A model generated the notes under the pieces. That model saw only the letters and a list, made by a program, of their open reading frames with translations. It made no database searches and was not told the DNA's origin. The position numbers were made by a program, and so were the translations under genes. From Candidatus Woesebacteria bacterium RIFCSPHIGHO2_02_FULL_42_20 (GTDB lineage: Bacteria > Patescibacteriota > Microgenomatia > UBA8517), in NCBI GenBank assembly GCA_001792535.1, contig MGGS01000013.1, forward strand, positions 692 to 64,691: a stretch of DNA of 64,000 bases. The letters run 5' to 3'. Numbering within the stretch: the stretch's first letter is position 1; every line of letters starts with the position of its first letter. Below are positions 9,198-18,625 of the stretch, in pieces.

Positions 9198-10058
9198 ATG
9201 GGGGTAATTGCAGGGTTACTGGCGATGTCTTTCTGGGGAACGGCTATTTTTTTGGCCGCACTTGCTTCTCGTAAATTAGGAAACGTATTGACTCTTTTTT
9301 GGATGCAGCTTTTCGGGTTTCTGGTTGGTCTTGCTTACTTTCTATTCAACTTAAATTCATTTACTTTTTCTAGAATTTCTCAAAACGCACCGGTCTTACT
9401 TTTAGTGGCAGTGTTTCAGGTAATTGCCTATCTTGGTTTTTACAAAGGACTGGAAAAAGCAGAAGTTTCCTTGGTTGGTCCGGTTGGTGCAGCTTGGGGA
9501 TTGGTTGTCGCAATCTTAGGTGTAATATTTTTGAAGGAGGTCTTAAGTACCCCTCAACTTTTAGCAATAGGACTTATTATTGTTGGTATTATACTCCTTT
9601 CGGTTAATATAAAGGATTTAGTAAGTTCTAAAAAAGTTAATCTTTTGGTTGGTGTTAAAGAGGGGGTTATTGCAATGCTGGGGTGGGGAATATCGCTATA
9701 TCTTTTGGTCTTTCCAAGCAAAGACTTGGGGTGGTTTTTACCGACAATAACTTTCCGTTTTATGGTATTAGTAATTTTGGTAGGATATATTCTTTTTTCA
9801 AAGGGAATTTTCGTTCCAGATAAAAAGAAGTTTCCAATAAAACTTCTTTTAGCAATCGGCTTTTTTGATATTGGTGGATTTTTTGCTTATTCATTTGGAG
9901 TGGCAGGAATACAAGCTTCTATAGTCGCCCCGATCGGTAGTGCTTTTGCACTGGTATCTGTGCTTTTGGCTAAAGTATTTTTAAAAGAGAAGATTGACCA
10001 ATATAAGACAGTTGGAATATTGGCTATTGTGGGCGGGTTAGTTCTCATGTTCGTTTAA
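9198..10058 (+). CDS. EamA/DMT-family transporter
   Basis: 286 aa, ten TM helices in a 5+5 duplicated arrangement typical of the drug/metabolite (EamA) superfamily. Confidence 0.65.
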   Translation: MGVIAGLLAMSFWGTAIFLAALASRKLGNVLTLFWMQLFGFLVGLAYFLFNLNSFTFSRISQNAPVLLLVAVFQVIAYLGFYKGLEKAEVSLVGPVGAAWGLVVAILGVIFLKEVLSTPQLLAIGLIIVGIILLSVNIKDLVSSKKVNLLVGVKEGVIAMLGWGISLYLLVFPSKDLGWFLPTITFRFMVLVILVGYILFSKGIFVPDKKKFPIKLLLAIGFFDIGGFFAYSFGVAGIQASIVAPIGSAFALVSVLLAKVFLKEKIDQYKTVGILAIVGGLVLMFV

Positions 10059-10092
10059 TTACTCTCTTTGCTTATTGTAATATAATTCGGCC

Positions 10093-10806
10093 ATGACTTG
10101 GGAACTCGACCCGGACCTCAGGCAAAGATCCGAAGCCATACTAGAGACAAAATCTGACCGTATAGGTCGTGCGTATTGGGATTCTCGATTGAAAAGAAGC
10201 CTTGACCTAGTGGCATCTGGCATGAGTCTGCCGTTTGCCTCCTTCCCCGTTGTCTTGGGGGGGTTAGCTATCTTAGCTAGCGACAGACACAATCCATTAG
10301 TCGACGTTGGTTACGATCTTTTGGATAGCGGCAGAAAAACCAGACATTACAAAATGAGGACAATGGTACCCAATGCTCAGGTGCTCGAGGCAGAAGTTGT
10401 CGGTGGAATGTTGCTAAAAGATTTCAAAAAAGGAAGAAGAGATCCTAGGGTTACTAGAGTTGGTAAGTTTTTAAGAAAGACAACTCTTGATGAGTTGCCA
10501 CAGCTGATTAATGTTTTACAAGGAGACCTTTCGATGGTTGGACCAAGGATGCCTTCGATGACCGACTGGGGGTATATAAGAGAAAATAGAGATTCGGAGC
10601 CTTATAAAAGTTTTATTGATCTTCTGCATGAGGGGTTGAAAATTGGAGCTACCGGTTTTTACGGAATCATGGGTAGGTCAAATTTAGATATGGGAAATAG
10701 GCTTGGTTTGGATGTTGTTTACGGAGAAAAAGCCAGTTTTAAGGGCGACTTAAGAATAATTGGATTGACTTTCCCGATATTTCTTTCAAGAAATAAAAGC
10801 GCATGA
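10093..10806 (+). CDS. small monotopic phosphoglycosyl transferase (bacterial sugar transferase; PglC/WbaP C-terminal-domain type)
   Basis: Single re-entrant hydrophobic segment, then KMRTMVPNA ... TLDELPQLINVLQGDLSMVGPR: the KxRSM and DELPQL...GxMSxVGPRP signatures of polyprenyl-phosphate hexose-1-P transferases. Confidence 0.8.
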   Translation: MTWELDPDLRQRSEAILETKSDRIGRAYWDSRLKRSLDLVASGMSLPFASFPVVLGGLAILASDRHNPLVDVGYDLLDSGRKTRHYKMRTMVPNAQVLEAEVVGGMLLKDFKKGRRDPRVTRVGKFLRKTTLDELPQLINVLQGDLSMVGPRMPSMTDWGYIRENRDSEPYKSFIDLLHEGLKIGATGFYGIMGRSNLDMGNRLGLDVVYGEKASFKGDLRIIGLTFPIFLSRNKSA

Positions 10807-10815
10807 TTTTTTAAA

Positions 10816-12309
10816 TTAGACCTTCTCGGTAACGCGGTACTCGATATATTTTCCAAGCATGAGGCGGGTGTGGGCGTCGAGGCCAGGGAGAGCCGAGAAG
10901 AAAAACCCGGCTATTGGCATCAAGACAAATTCCAAAGGCATAAGAACAGCCCTCCACAAGGGAAAGTCTTTGGGTCGCTTGGGTTTATAAATGTTGTCAA
11001 AAATAAGCATGACAACCAAGAATCCCAAAGAAAGGGTTAGGATAAAAGAAGAAATTTTTGGTAGCATAAATCCGATTGTCGTCCTTCCAAAGGTGGGGTT
11101 TAAGAATGTCGGGATGGTAAGCCCCAGCGTGATAATAAACCAGTTGACCGGCCACATAAAATGTGACCATGTTACGTGAACCAGGCGCATTGTTTTATTG
11201 AAAAACGGCACGCTTGGTTTAAGAAAATAATCCCGCATGATCCAGGGATAGTCGGATACTCCCCAGGCCCACCTTCTATATTGTTCATATTGGTTTTTGA
11301 GAGTTTTCCAAAAACTGGTGGACTCGGCGGCGTCGATGTACAAAGGAAGGTAAATAGGCTCGACTTCGACCTCACCGTGGTTGATGTAGAATGCTTTGAA
11401 AAATATGCCCCAGTCCTCCGGAATTTTGTCTGGGTCCCAATAGCCGGATTCGTGGAGCAACTTAAACGAAAGGCTGTAGTTTGCTTGGTTCAAGAGCCTG
11501 TCCCGACGCGGGAGAATTGACAAATTCCAAATTGACCCCATTGTATTTTGTATACGAGTGATTGCCGGGAGTCGCCAAATGTTGTTGTAGTAAAGTATTG
11601 CCGCTTGCCAAAACATTAAATGCCTTTTGGGATTGTCTAAAAATTTGTAAGTAAGACACGCAAAGTGATTTGGGTGGTAAACGTGGTCGGCGTCGCAACT
11701 GGTGACTGTTAAATAATTTATGTCCATTTTTTGTTTATTAATCAGTTCGTTGTATACCCAGATAGCGGCGTACCTCTCGTTGCTTGCTTTACCGACAATC
11801 TCGCCCTTGGCTAGTTCGTGGACAGTGACGAAGAAGTTTGCAAATTTTTTGCCAAAAGTCTTTTGAAGATGGTTTGCTTTTTTAGTTCTTTCGCCTTCCT
11901 CTTCTCTCACTTCCATTGCCAATGCAACCGAGATTTGTTTTAAGGGTAAGGTTTGATTCACTATGGCATTAAAAGTTCGCTCTAGGGTGTGAAGTGGTTC
12001 TTTGTAGGTGGTTAGGATAATCACATTGTGGACTTTTTTCCAATCCGGAAAGCTTTTGACGTCGGCTGTCCAGTCAAACCTCATTGCGGCCTGAATTCTG
12101 AAATGAGAGATAAAAGAGCTAATGGCAATCTGAAATGACTGGTAAAACCAGTAAATGTCAAAAAATAAAATGTAATACGCCGCGACAAACGGCATAACAA
12201 AAATTCCCCAATAGGGAAAAAGTATCAAGTTCCATGAAACAAGCCCTGGAACTATCTCAAAAAAACGTAGAAATCGCTTCTCGTGTTTAGCTATAAATTG
12301 TTTGACCAT
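10816..12309 (-). CDS. processive GT2 glycosyltransferase, cellulose-synthase-like
   Basis: N- and C-terminal TM helices flanking a GT-A domain with ILTTYKEP, SCDADH (DxD), PEDWG and QYRRWAWG (QxxRW) motifs. Confidence 0.7.
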   Translation of the reverse strand: MVKQFIAKHEKRFLRFFEIVPGLVSWNLILFPYWGIFVMPFVAAYYILFFDIYWFYQSFQIAISSFISHFRIQAAMRFDWTADVKSFPDWKKVHNVIILTTYKEPLHTLERTFNAIVNQTLPLKQISVALAMEVREEEGERTKKANHLQKTFGKKFANFFVTVHELAKGEIVGKASNERYAAIWVYNELINKQKMDINYLTVTSCDADHVYHPNHFACLTYKFLDNPKRHLMFWQAAILYYNNIWRLPAITRIQNTMGSIWNLSILPRRDRLLNQANYSLSFKLLHESGYWDPDKIPEDWGIFFKAFYINHGEVEVEPIYLPLYIDAAESTSFWKTLKNQYEQYRRWAWGVSDYPWIMRDYFLKPSVPFFNKTMRLVHVTWSHFMWPVNWFIITLGLTIPTFLNPTFGRTTIGFMLPKISSFILTLSLGFLVVMLIFDNIYKPKRPKDFPLWRAVLMPLEFVLMPIAGFFFSALPGLDAHTRLMLGKYIEYRVTEKV

Positions 12310-12319
12310 GGAGCTAGGT

Positions 12320-13771
12320 CTATTTTAGTCGAGGGAACAATATTTCTCCACTTTTTACTTTAGGGCCAGAAAAAATTTTCAGGATTTTTTCCGAAGTTTT
12401 GGGGAGGAAGGGTTGAAGGCCAAAAGCAATGTGCTTTATTTGCCTAACGTATCCAGGTATCTTATCTAAATTTTTCCCCTCCCAAGGTTGGTCGACATTG
12501 ATATCTCTGTCAATTTCAGTGATATCTCTCCACAACTCTTCAAGTGCTAAGTTGAACTCGAAGTTTTCCAAATGAATATGATAGCCCCCGAGTTCTGAAG
12601 AGGTTGGTAAGCGTGATTTTATTGGGTTTATTATTACATTGTTTATTTCGCAAAGTTTGGCAACTCTTGCGACTAAGTTTCCCAAACCATTTGCTAAATC
12701 GGAGTTGTAGACCTCCTTAAATTTATTTTCGGAAAAATCTCCATCACTAAAAGGTGAGAATTTAGCTAATAGATAATAACGCAACCCGTCTACAGTAGCA
12801 TTATTTCCTACGAGTTTTGAATATCTTTCGATTAATTCTTCAGGATCAACAACGTTACCTAAAGTTTTGGACATCTTTTGTCCATTTACTGTAAAGTACT
12901 CATGAATAAAAATTTTCTTGGGTAGCTCTAATCCTGCCGATAAAAGAAACGCTGGCCAATAAATGCTATGAAATCTAAGTATACCCTTTCCGATAACATG
13001 AAGGTCCGCAGGCCAAAGTTTTTTATATTTTTGGTCGTCCCAGCCAAAGCCAATTCCACTTTGATAGATGTTCAAGGCATCGAACCAGACATACATCCTT
13101 TGTGTGCTGTCGCCTGGGACTGGTACGCCCCAGTTTCTGGCGCGTTCGTTTGTGCGCGATATACTTATATCCTCAAGTTTTCCAGACAAAAATGATAGTA
13201 CTTCATTTCTTCTTTTATCAGGAATAATCTCGAGTTTATTTGATTGAATTAAGTCGACTAGCCGTTTTTGATATTTTGATAAAGCAAAGAAGTAATTGCT
13301 TTCCTCGACCTTCTCAAGCTTTTTGCCAGGATGTTCAAAACATTCCCCTTTGTCGTTTAGTTCGCCGGTAGCATAAAAAGTTTCGCAGCCGACACAATAT
13401 AAACCTTTGTATTGTTTTTGATAAATATCCTTTTTGCAAAGTTCCCAAAGTTTCTGACTTGAACGATAATGGTTTTTTTGATCACTCCCTTTTTGCCAAA
13501 TGTCATACTTAGCATTTAATTTAATTGCCAATCTTTCAAATAAACTATTGTTTCTATCGACAAATTCTTGTACAGGTGTCCCTTCTTTTTCAGCGGCCTG
13601 TACATTTTTAAGCGCATTTTCGTCTCCTCCACAAAGTTTAGTTATATTATTTCTGAGGAGTTTATAGTATCGAGCTATGACATCGGTTTGGACGAACTCT
13701 AGAGCATGGCCAATATGCGGCTTGGCGTTAACATAAGGGATTGCGCTGGTTATATAAAATTTCTTGCCCAT
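12320..13771 (-). CDS. metG: methionyl-tRNA synthetase
   Basis: Class I aaRS motifs PYVNAKPHIGHA (HIGH) and KMSKTLGNVVDP (KMSKS); MetRS-type zinc knuckle CVGCETF...C; 483 aa, no C-terminal tRNA-binding extension. Confidence 0.9.
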   Translation of the reverse strand: MGKKFYITSAIPYVNAKPHIGHALEFVQTDVIARYYKLLRNNITKLCGGDENALKNVQAAEKEGTPVQEFVDRNNSLFERLAIKLNAKYDIWQKGSDQKNHYRSSQKLWELCKKDIYQKQYKGLYCVGCETFYATGELNDKGECFEHPGKKLEKVEESNYFFALSKYQKRLVDLIQSNKLEIIPDKRRNEVLSFLSGKLEDISISRTNERARNWGVPVPGDSTQRMYVWFDALNIYQSGIGFGWDDQKYKKLWPADLHVIGKGILRFHSIYWPAFLLSAGLELPKKIFIHEYFTVNGQKMSKTLGNVVDPEELIERYSKLVGNNATVDGLRYYLLAKFSPFSDGDFSENKFKEVYNSDLANGLGNLVARVAKLCEINNVIINPIKSRLPTSSELGGYHIHLENFEFNLALEELWRDITEIDRDINVDQPWEGKNLDKIPGYVRQIKHIAFGLQPFLPKTSEKILKIFSGPKVKSGEILFPRLK

Positions 13772-13780
13772 AAGAGTATT

Positions 13781-14575
13781 CTACAACAATCTAATTTTAT
13801 CTCCGACTTTTAAATTCAATTTAAATGCTGCGCTGCCAACTCGGTTTTGGGTGGCAAGTTCTATAAAACGCTGGTTTCCAATTCCCGAACTGCCAATATA
13901 GAAAGCTGTTTCGCCGTCGGGAACGTCTTTGAGTCTTTGGTAAAATTTGAATTTTTTAGTTAATTTTTTTACCTCGCAATCCAGGAGTGTCGTTTTGGCA
14001 TTTCCGAATGAATCAATATACCAGATACAAACTGGCACATCTGCAATTTGATTGATTGATATGGGTAGAGATGGGATTTTACGACCGTCCCAGAGCCACC
14101 TGCTGGCCCATGGGGTAAAGTCAAAGCTTCGAAACTGGGATTTCACAACTCTCTCGCTCGTTGTTTGACTAATTAAACTACGTTCGATCGCAAAGTCAAT
14201 TACTTTTGAAATATCAAGCAGATATATTTCCTCTACTAAATTTAGTTTTTTGACAAGTGACAGGTTGTAACCCTTTATTGTGGAAACGACTAAAGTATTT
14301 TTGTACCAGAAGTAACAGAATCTTGAGCCGTTTTCTCCATCGTCTTTGGTTTGCCCGCGGGGGGCGACATTTAGCAAAATCACACCTTCGCTTCCTTCCG
14401 AAGCGTCTAAAATATCGACTAAATTTCCTGCAGCCTCGAGGGTAGAAGCGGTTTCCAGATTACTGTCTACTCCCACAAATGAAATGAGCGTGTTAGGAAA
14501 CAGGCAAGCCCAGCGCGTTTCTTGGCGCCCTATGTCATTCTCGCTTTTACAATCGTTAATTATGGTGATAAACAT
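13781..14575 (-). CDS. SAM hydroxide adenosyltransferase-like protein (DUF62 / fluorinase-chlorinase superfamily)
   Basis: C-terminal VCIWYIDSFGNAKTTL matches the conserved V.yiD.FGN motif; N-terminal ITIINDC...NDIG resembles the TDFG...D.YVG start of the family; 264 aa is the typical size. Confidence 0.55.
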   Translation of the reverse strand: MFITIINDCKSENDIGRQETRWACLFPNTLISFVGVDSNLETASTLEAAGNLVDILDASEGSEGVILLNVAPRGQTKDDGENGSRFCYFWYKNTLVVSTIKGYNLSLVKKLNLVEEIYLLDISKVIDFAIERSLISQTTSERVVKSQFRSFDFTPWASRWLWDGRKIPSLPISINQIADVPVCIWYIDSFGNAKTTLLDCEVKKLTKKFKFYQRLKDVPDGETAFYIGSSGIGNQRFIELATQNRVGSAAFKLNLKVGDKIRLL

Positions 14576-14689
14576 AAAAAAACCTCCTTTTGGAGGCCGG
14601 TTCCCAAAGGAAATAAAACCTCCGACTAGGAAGTTTCCATTTCCATCATCATCTGTTTTTGGGTCATTTGGATTATTCTAACCGATAAA

Positions 14690-15073
14690 TTATTTTTTGA
14701 CAATCTTTTTGATTCTCTCGGCCCATCTATTTGCCCACTCATCCGACTCGATCTTTTTAATTGCAAGCATGAAACCTGGCTTTTTGAGCATTTCCGAAAC
14801 AGTCGCTATGGTAGCGCTTGAAACCTTAAGGTTCTTTTTTATATTTTCATAATTTCTTTTTTTTGCTAGCCAGTATCCGATGGCAAGCCTTTTTGTAAAA
14901 AGAATTTGTTCGGTTTCGGTCAGGAAGTCTTTAATAAAAGAAATTGACTCCCCGGGTGTTTTTAAATCAGTAATCAGTTGGGCAAAAACAGTAGTTATTT
15001 CTTTTTCTAACGATTTGTTTAATTTTTCTTTCGCAGTGCGCATGAACCCTTTAATTTGAGTGAAGTATATCAA
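14690..15073 (-). CDS. YerC/YecD (TrpR-like) family HTH protein
   Basis: C-terminal RLAIGYWLAKKRNYENIKKNLKVSSATIATVSEMLKK aligns to the HTH of B. subtilis YerC (RLQVAKMIKQGYTYATIEQESGASTATISRVKRSL). Confidence 0.5.
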   Translation of the reverse strand: MIYFTQIKGFMRTAKEKLNKSLEKEITTVFAQLITDLKTPGESISFIKDFLTETEQILFTKRLAIGYWLAKKRNYENIKKNLKVSSATIATVSEMLKKPGFMLAIKKIESDEWANRWAERIKKIVKK

Positions 15074-15399
15074 CTTGGCTTTCGAAAGTAAAACTCAAAA
15101 GCAACCACTATTCCGGTAATCAGAATGAGATTTAAAATATTGCCTATCCCTATTATTCTCAAGATCAAAAACAACGTTATTGCACTCGAAATAACTATTC
15201 CTTTTCCGGTATTGAGTAATAAAATTGAGAGTGTAAAAAGCATCGCAAGGAAAAAATTAGTAATAAAAAGGCTTACTAAAAGATTGTTATCCGGCCTGGT
15301 AAAGAAAAGCAGCGACAAAAATGATAACCAGAGCAAGATTGTGATAACAGTGCTTAGTTTTGCTTTTTTCGAAGCATCTATTTGCCTTTTTGGTTTCAT
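15070..15399 (-). CDS. small membrane protein (3 TM), unknown
   Basis: 109-aa hydrophobic ORF overlapping the YerC-like gene start by 4 nt. Confidence 0.3.
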   Translation of the reverse strand: MKPKRQIDASKKAKLSTVITILLWLSFLSLLFFTRPDNNLLVSLFITNFFLAMLFTLSILLLNTGKGIVISSAITLFLILRIIGIGNILNLILITGIVVAFEFYFRKPS

Positions 15400-15438
15400 A
15401 CCTTTTTCATTTTAGCCTTTTTACCGATATAATTTGAA

Positions 15439-16416
15439 TTGAACATGAACGAAGTACTCCTTTTTGTGACTGTTTTGATAGGCTTTGTCGTATTAGGCTA
15501 TTATGTTAATCGCAAACTTTCGGAGTTTGGTGACAAACAAAAACCAGCGGATGAATTACTTGAGTATCTGCGTACTACCAATACCCGTCTCGATGAACAA
15601 GGTAAAAACTTTAATGCCAGGCTAGATAACGCGGCCAAGGTGATTTCCGATGTTCAGAAAAACATTGGTGAAATGAGCGAAATTGGCCGAAGCATGCGCG
15701 ATTTACAAGAGTTTCTTAAAAGCCCCAAGCTACGCGGCAATGTCGGCGAGCATGTATTAAATGAGCTCTTGGGTCAAATGTTGCCTAAGCAATCCTTTCA
15801 TCTGCAGTATTCTTTTAAGTCGGGAGAAAAGGTAGATGCTGCTATCAAAACAACGGCCGGGATTATTCCGATTGATTCGAAGTTTCCGATGGAGAACTTT
15901 CGCAGAATGATGACGGCGGATTCTGATGCGGCAAAAAAAGATGCAGCGAGGCAGTTTGTAAAAGATGTCAAAAAACACATAGACGACATATCCCAAAAAT
16001 ACATTTTGACCGAAGAGGGGACTATCGATTATGCCTTGATGTATGTGCCCTCGGAAGCCGTTTATTATGAAATTGTGAATGACGCCGGTCTTTTTGATTA
16101 TTCGGGAACAAAAAGGGTATTACCGGTTTCGCCCACTACTTTCTATGCCTATCTTAGGGCGATTTTAATGAGTTTCGAAGGCCAAAAAATTGAATCGAAA
16201 GCAAAAGAAGTACTCGCCTCAATCCGAGCTATTCAAAAAGATTATGCAAAAGTGGATGACAATTTATCTGTTTTGCGCAAACACATACGCAACTCGTATA
16301 AGTCGCTGTCGGGTTTACAAGTCTCTTTTTCGGCCTTGGGTAGTAAAATTTCCTCTGCGGGTAAACTGGAAAACAGGGATGGCAAAAGTCTAGGAGATTC
16401 ACAAGATGAAGAGTAG
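15439..16416 (+). CDS. rmuC: DNA recombination protein RmuC
   Basis: N-terminal TM anchor, long coiled coil, conserved C-terminal RmuC region (KLRGNVGEHVLNELL ... YVPSEAVYYEI ... VLPVSPTTFYAYLRAI). Confidence 0.8.
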   Translation: MNMNEVLLFVTVLIGFVVLGYYVNRKLSEFGDKQKPADELLEYLRTTNTRLDEQGKNFNARLDNAAKVISDVQKNIGEMSEIGRSMRDLQEFLKSPKLRGNVGEHVLNELLGQMLPKQSFHLQYSFKSGEKVDAAIKTTAGIIPIDSKFPMENFRRMMTADSDAAKKDAARQFVKDVKKHIDDISQKYILTEEGTIDYALMYVPSEAVYYEIVNDAGLFDYSGTKRVLPVSPTTFYAYLRAILMSFEGQKIESKAKEVLASIRAIQKDYAKVDDNLSVLRKHIRNSYKSLSGLQVSFSALGSKISSAGKLENRDGKSLGDSQDEE

Positions 16417-17074
16417 TAATAAATTTTCTTCAAAACTTATTTTAATACCAACCTTGCTTGTGGTTGCCATTTCTTTTTTGATTTTAACTATTTCTGGATT
16501 TAACTACGACAACCTTTCAGGACTTGTAACTTCTTACGGTGTTTTAGGGGCCGTGTTCTATATGGCCCTTGGTGTTTTGAGTATAGTCTTGGCGCCGACG
16601 TCGACAATTCCGCTTTGGCCGGTAGTACTCGGAGCTTACGGCTTCTGGGTTGCAGTTATTTTGACTTGGGTTAGTGGTATTGTGGGTGCGATTGTTAATT
16701 ATTATATAGCCAAAATATTTGGCCGACCGGTTGTAAAAAAACTAATTGGTGAAAAAGCTTTATCGGAGGTTGATAGGATAGCTGGAATTGTCGGTTGGAA
16801 AGGTTTGGTGGTTGTTCGAACGATCGGTAATGCTTCTTTTGATTATGCTTCATACGCATTTGGATTAGCGAAGTATAATTTTAAAAGTTATCTTGCAGTT
16901 ACGGCAATTACAACTTTTTTTTGGGATGCAGCTGTTTTCTTTTTTTTAGGCAAAGCTATATCTTTAACCCTAATTCCGTCAATTGCAGTGATGATAGGCA
17001 TGTATTTTTTAGCCGTATTTATAGGTGTTAAAGTTTGGCGGTACTACCTCAAAGTTGAAAAGAAGAGTAAATAA
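16406..17074 (+). CDS. DedA/TVP38-family membrane protein
   Basis: Six TM helices with the GxxxV/Y...G pattern of SNARE-associated/DedA proteins; overlaps rmuC end by 11 nt. Confidence 0.6.
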   Translation: MKSSNKFSSKLILIPTLLVVAISFLILTISGFNYDNLSGLVTSYGVLGAVFYMALGVLSIVLAPTSTIPLWPVVLGAYGFWVAVILTWVSGIVGAIVNYYIAKIFGRPVVKKLIGEKALSEVDRIAGIVGWKGLVVVRTIGNASFDYASYAFGLAKYNFKSYLAVTAITTFFWDAAVFFFLGKAISLTLIPSIAVMIGMYFLAVFIGVKVWRYYLKVEKKSK

Positions 17075-17193
17075 AAGAGAGTAAAAGTTGCGGAAGGGAA
17101 AACGGGAACAAACTTACCTTGGTGTATTTTAGAATTCGTGGTCTCCATGATGATTGTTGACAGGTATTTTTTCTACTGATAGTATTACAGTGT

Positions 17194-17442
17194 ATGAACG
17201 GCAAGCAAATAAAAAGAAAGACCAAGGTGGTATCGATCTCGCTTGATCCTGAGGTTTTGGTACTGGTTGATAAACTTAGGAAGGAAGACAGTCAAGACCG
17301 AAGCAGTTTTATAAATTCAATTGTTAAAAAACAGGCTTTATGGCAGGAGTTCAAAAAACTGCAAGAATACGGTCGCGAAAAGGCCAAAAAGTTCAAAATA
17401 ACCTCAGAGGAAGATGTTTACAGGATCATGGGTGATGCATGA
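17194..17442 (+). CDS. RHH/CopG-like antitoxin of a type II TA pair
   Basis: 82 aa; N-terminal beta-strand then two helices (VVSISLDPEVLVLVDKLRKE); 4-nt overlap with the downstream PIN gene. Confidence 0.5.
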   Translation: MNGKQIKRKTKVVSISLDPEVLVLVDKLRKEDSQDRSSFINSIVKKQALWQEFKKLQEYGREKAKKFKITSEEDVYRIMGDA

Positions 17443-17846
17443 AGGTTGTTTGCGATACCAATATCTATATCTCTTTCCTTAAGTTTGGAGGTAAGGCTGA
17501 AATACTTTTGGAGCACGCTTTTAAGGGTGAATTTGATTTGGTTATATCGCCTGAAATTATTAAAGAAACTGCTGATGTCCTTAAAAAGAAGTTCGGCTGG
17601 GATAATGAGAAAGTTAGTAGGTCTATCATGGTTATGACTAATGCGAGTCAGGTTGTAAAACCTACAAAGAAGATAGAAAAAATTAAAACCGATAAATCTG
17701 ACAATAAAATCTTAGAATGTGCAGTTGAAGGGAAGGCCGATTATATTGTTACTGGTGATAAAAAACATTTACTTCCCCTTAAAAAATTCAAAGGAATTCC
17801 AATTTATTCCCCGCAGGAATTTTTGAAAAAGGTTCTATATAATTAG
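17439..17846 (+). CDS. PIN-domain toxin (VapC-like)
   Basis: MKVVCDTNIYISFL ... ISPEIIKE ... YIVTGDKKH: the conserved Asp/Glu/Asp acidic residues of PIN nucleases. Confidence 0.7.
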   Translation: MKVVCDTNIYISFLKFGGKAEILLEHAFKGEFDLVISPEIIKETADVLKKKFGWDNEKVSRSIMVMTNASQVVKPTKKIEKIKTDKSDNKILECAVEGKADYIVTGDKKHLLPLKKFKGIPIYSPQEFLKKVLYN

Positions 17847-17865
17847 TCTGGATTTATGAAATACA

Positions 17866-17928
17866 GAACTCTTGGGAAAACAGGATTGAAGGTATCGGAA
17901 GTTGGAATGAGCACTTAGCAATTGACAA
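17866..17928 (+). pseudogene. aldo/keto reductase N-terminal stub (20 codons then stop)
   Basis: MKYRTLGKTGLKVSEVGMST* is the canonical AKR start (MKYR.LGKTGLKVSE.GLG) truncated by TAG; about 80% nt-identical to a second stub at 18563. Confidence 0.5.
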
Positions 17929-17967
17929 AAATGTTCATGATGTATATTATAAAAACATACAAATGAA

Positions 17968-18273
17968 ATGGCAAGGAGGAGCGGGGATTATTTTGAGTTT
18001 GATTGGGACAAAGGAAATAAAGACAAAAATTGGGTTAGACATCGAGTTTCTAACCAACAGGCGGAGCAAATTTTTGTAGATAAGTTTGCTTTTGTTACGC
18101 CCGACGTAAAACATTCGACTATCGAGCCCAGATATCAGATTTTAGGACAGACTTTTGCAGGTAGATATTTAGCCGTTTATTACACATTAAGAGGAATTAA
18201 AATCAGAATAATCTCAGCTAGGCCGATGAACAAAAAAGAAAGAACACAACATGAAAAGCAAAAAGAAATTTAA
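17968..18273 (+). CDS. BrnT-family ribonuclease toxin (DUF497)
   Basis: FEFDWDKGNKDKNWVRHRVSNQQAEQIF ... RIISARPMNKKE matches the BrnT signature (F.WD..K...N..KH.V...EAE..F ... ISAR.A...E). Confidence 0.7.
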   Translation: MARRSGDYFEFDWDKGNKDKNWVRHRVSNQQAEQIFVDKFAFVTPDVKHSTIEPRYQILGQTFAGRYLAVYYTLRGIKIRIISARPMNKKERTQHEKQKEI

Positions 18274-18547
18274 GACCGTACCGAAATTTAAGAATGAGGA
18301 TGAAGAAAGGGACTTTTGGGATAAAGCAGACTCTTCAGAGTATTTTGATTGGAGTAAGGGTCATCGTGCCAAATTTCCCAACCTGAAACTTTCGACGGAG
18401 ACAATTTCCTTACGTGTTCCAAAGGGGTTATTGGATGATATTAAAATTCAAGCAAACAAGCGTGATGTTCCCTATCAGTCTTTAATTAAAATTTATCTGG
18501 ATGAGGCGCTTCGTATTGACCAAAGAGAAAAAATCTTGAGGAGATAG
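18251..18547 (+). CDS. BrnA-family antitoxin
   Basis: Overlaps BrnT by 23 nt; ..EERDFWDKADSSEYFDWSKG ... ISLRVPKGLLDDIKIQANKRDVPYQSLIKIYLDEAL (RHH-like C-terminus) as in BrnA. Confidence 0.65.
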   Translation: MKSKKKFKTVPKFKNEDEERDFWDKADSSEYFDWSKGHRAKFPNLKLSTETISLRVPKGLLDDIKIQANKRDVPYQSLIKIYLDEALRIDQREKILRR

Positions 18548-18562
18548 CTTGTTTTGGTTCAG

Positions 18563-18625
18563 ATGAAATACAAAACTCTTGGTAAAACTGGATTGAAAGT
18601 TTTGGGGGTTGGAATAGGGGTGTGA
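18563..18625 (+). pseudogene. second aldo/keto reductase N-terminal stub
   Basis: MKYKTLGKTGLKVLGVGIGV* (20 codons, TGA); paralogous to 17866..17928. Confidence 0.5.

Noticed and set aside
14574-14596. Hairpin CCUCC-UUUU-GGAGG with flanking A/T run, first read as an intrinsic terminator
   Set aside because: On the minus strand the GGAGG is positioned 7 nt upstream of the DUF62 start codon, so it is better explained as the gene's Shine-Dalgarno sequence (possibly sequestered) than as a terminator.
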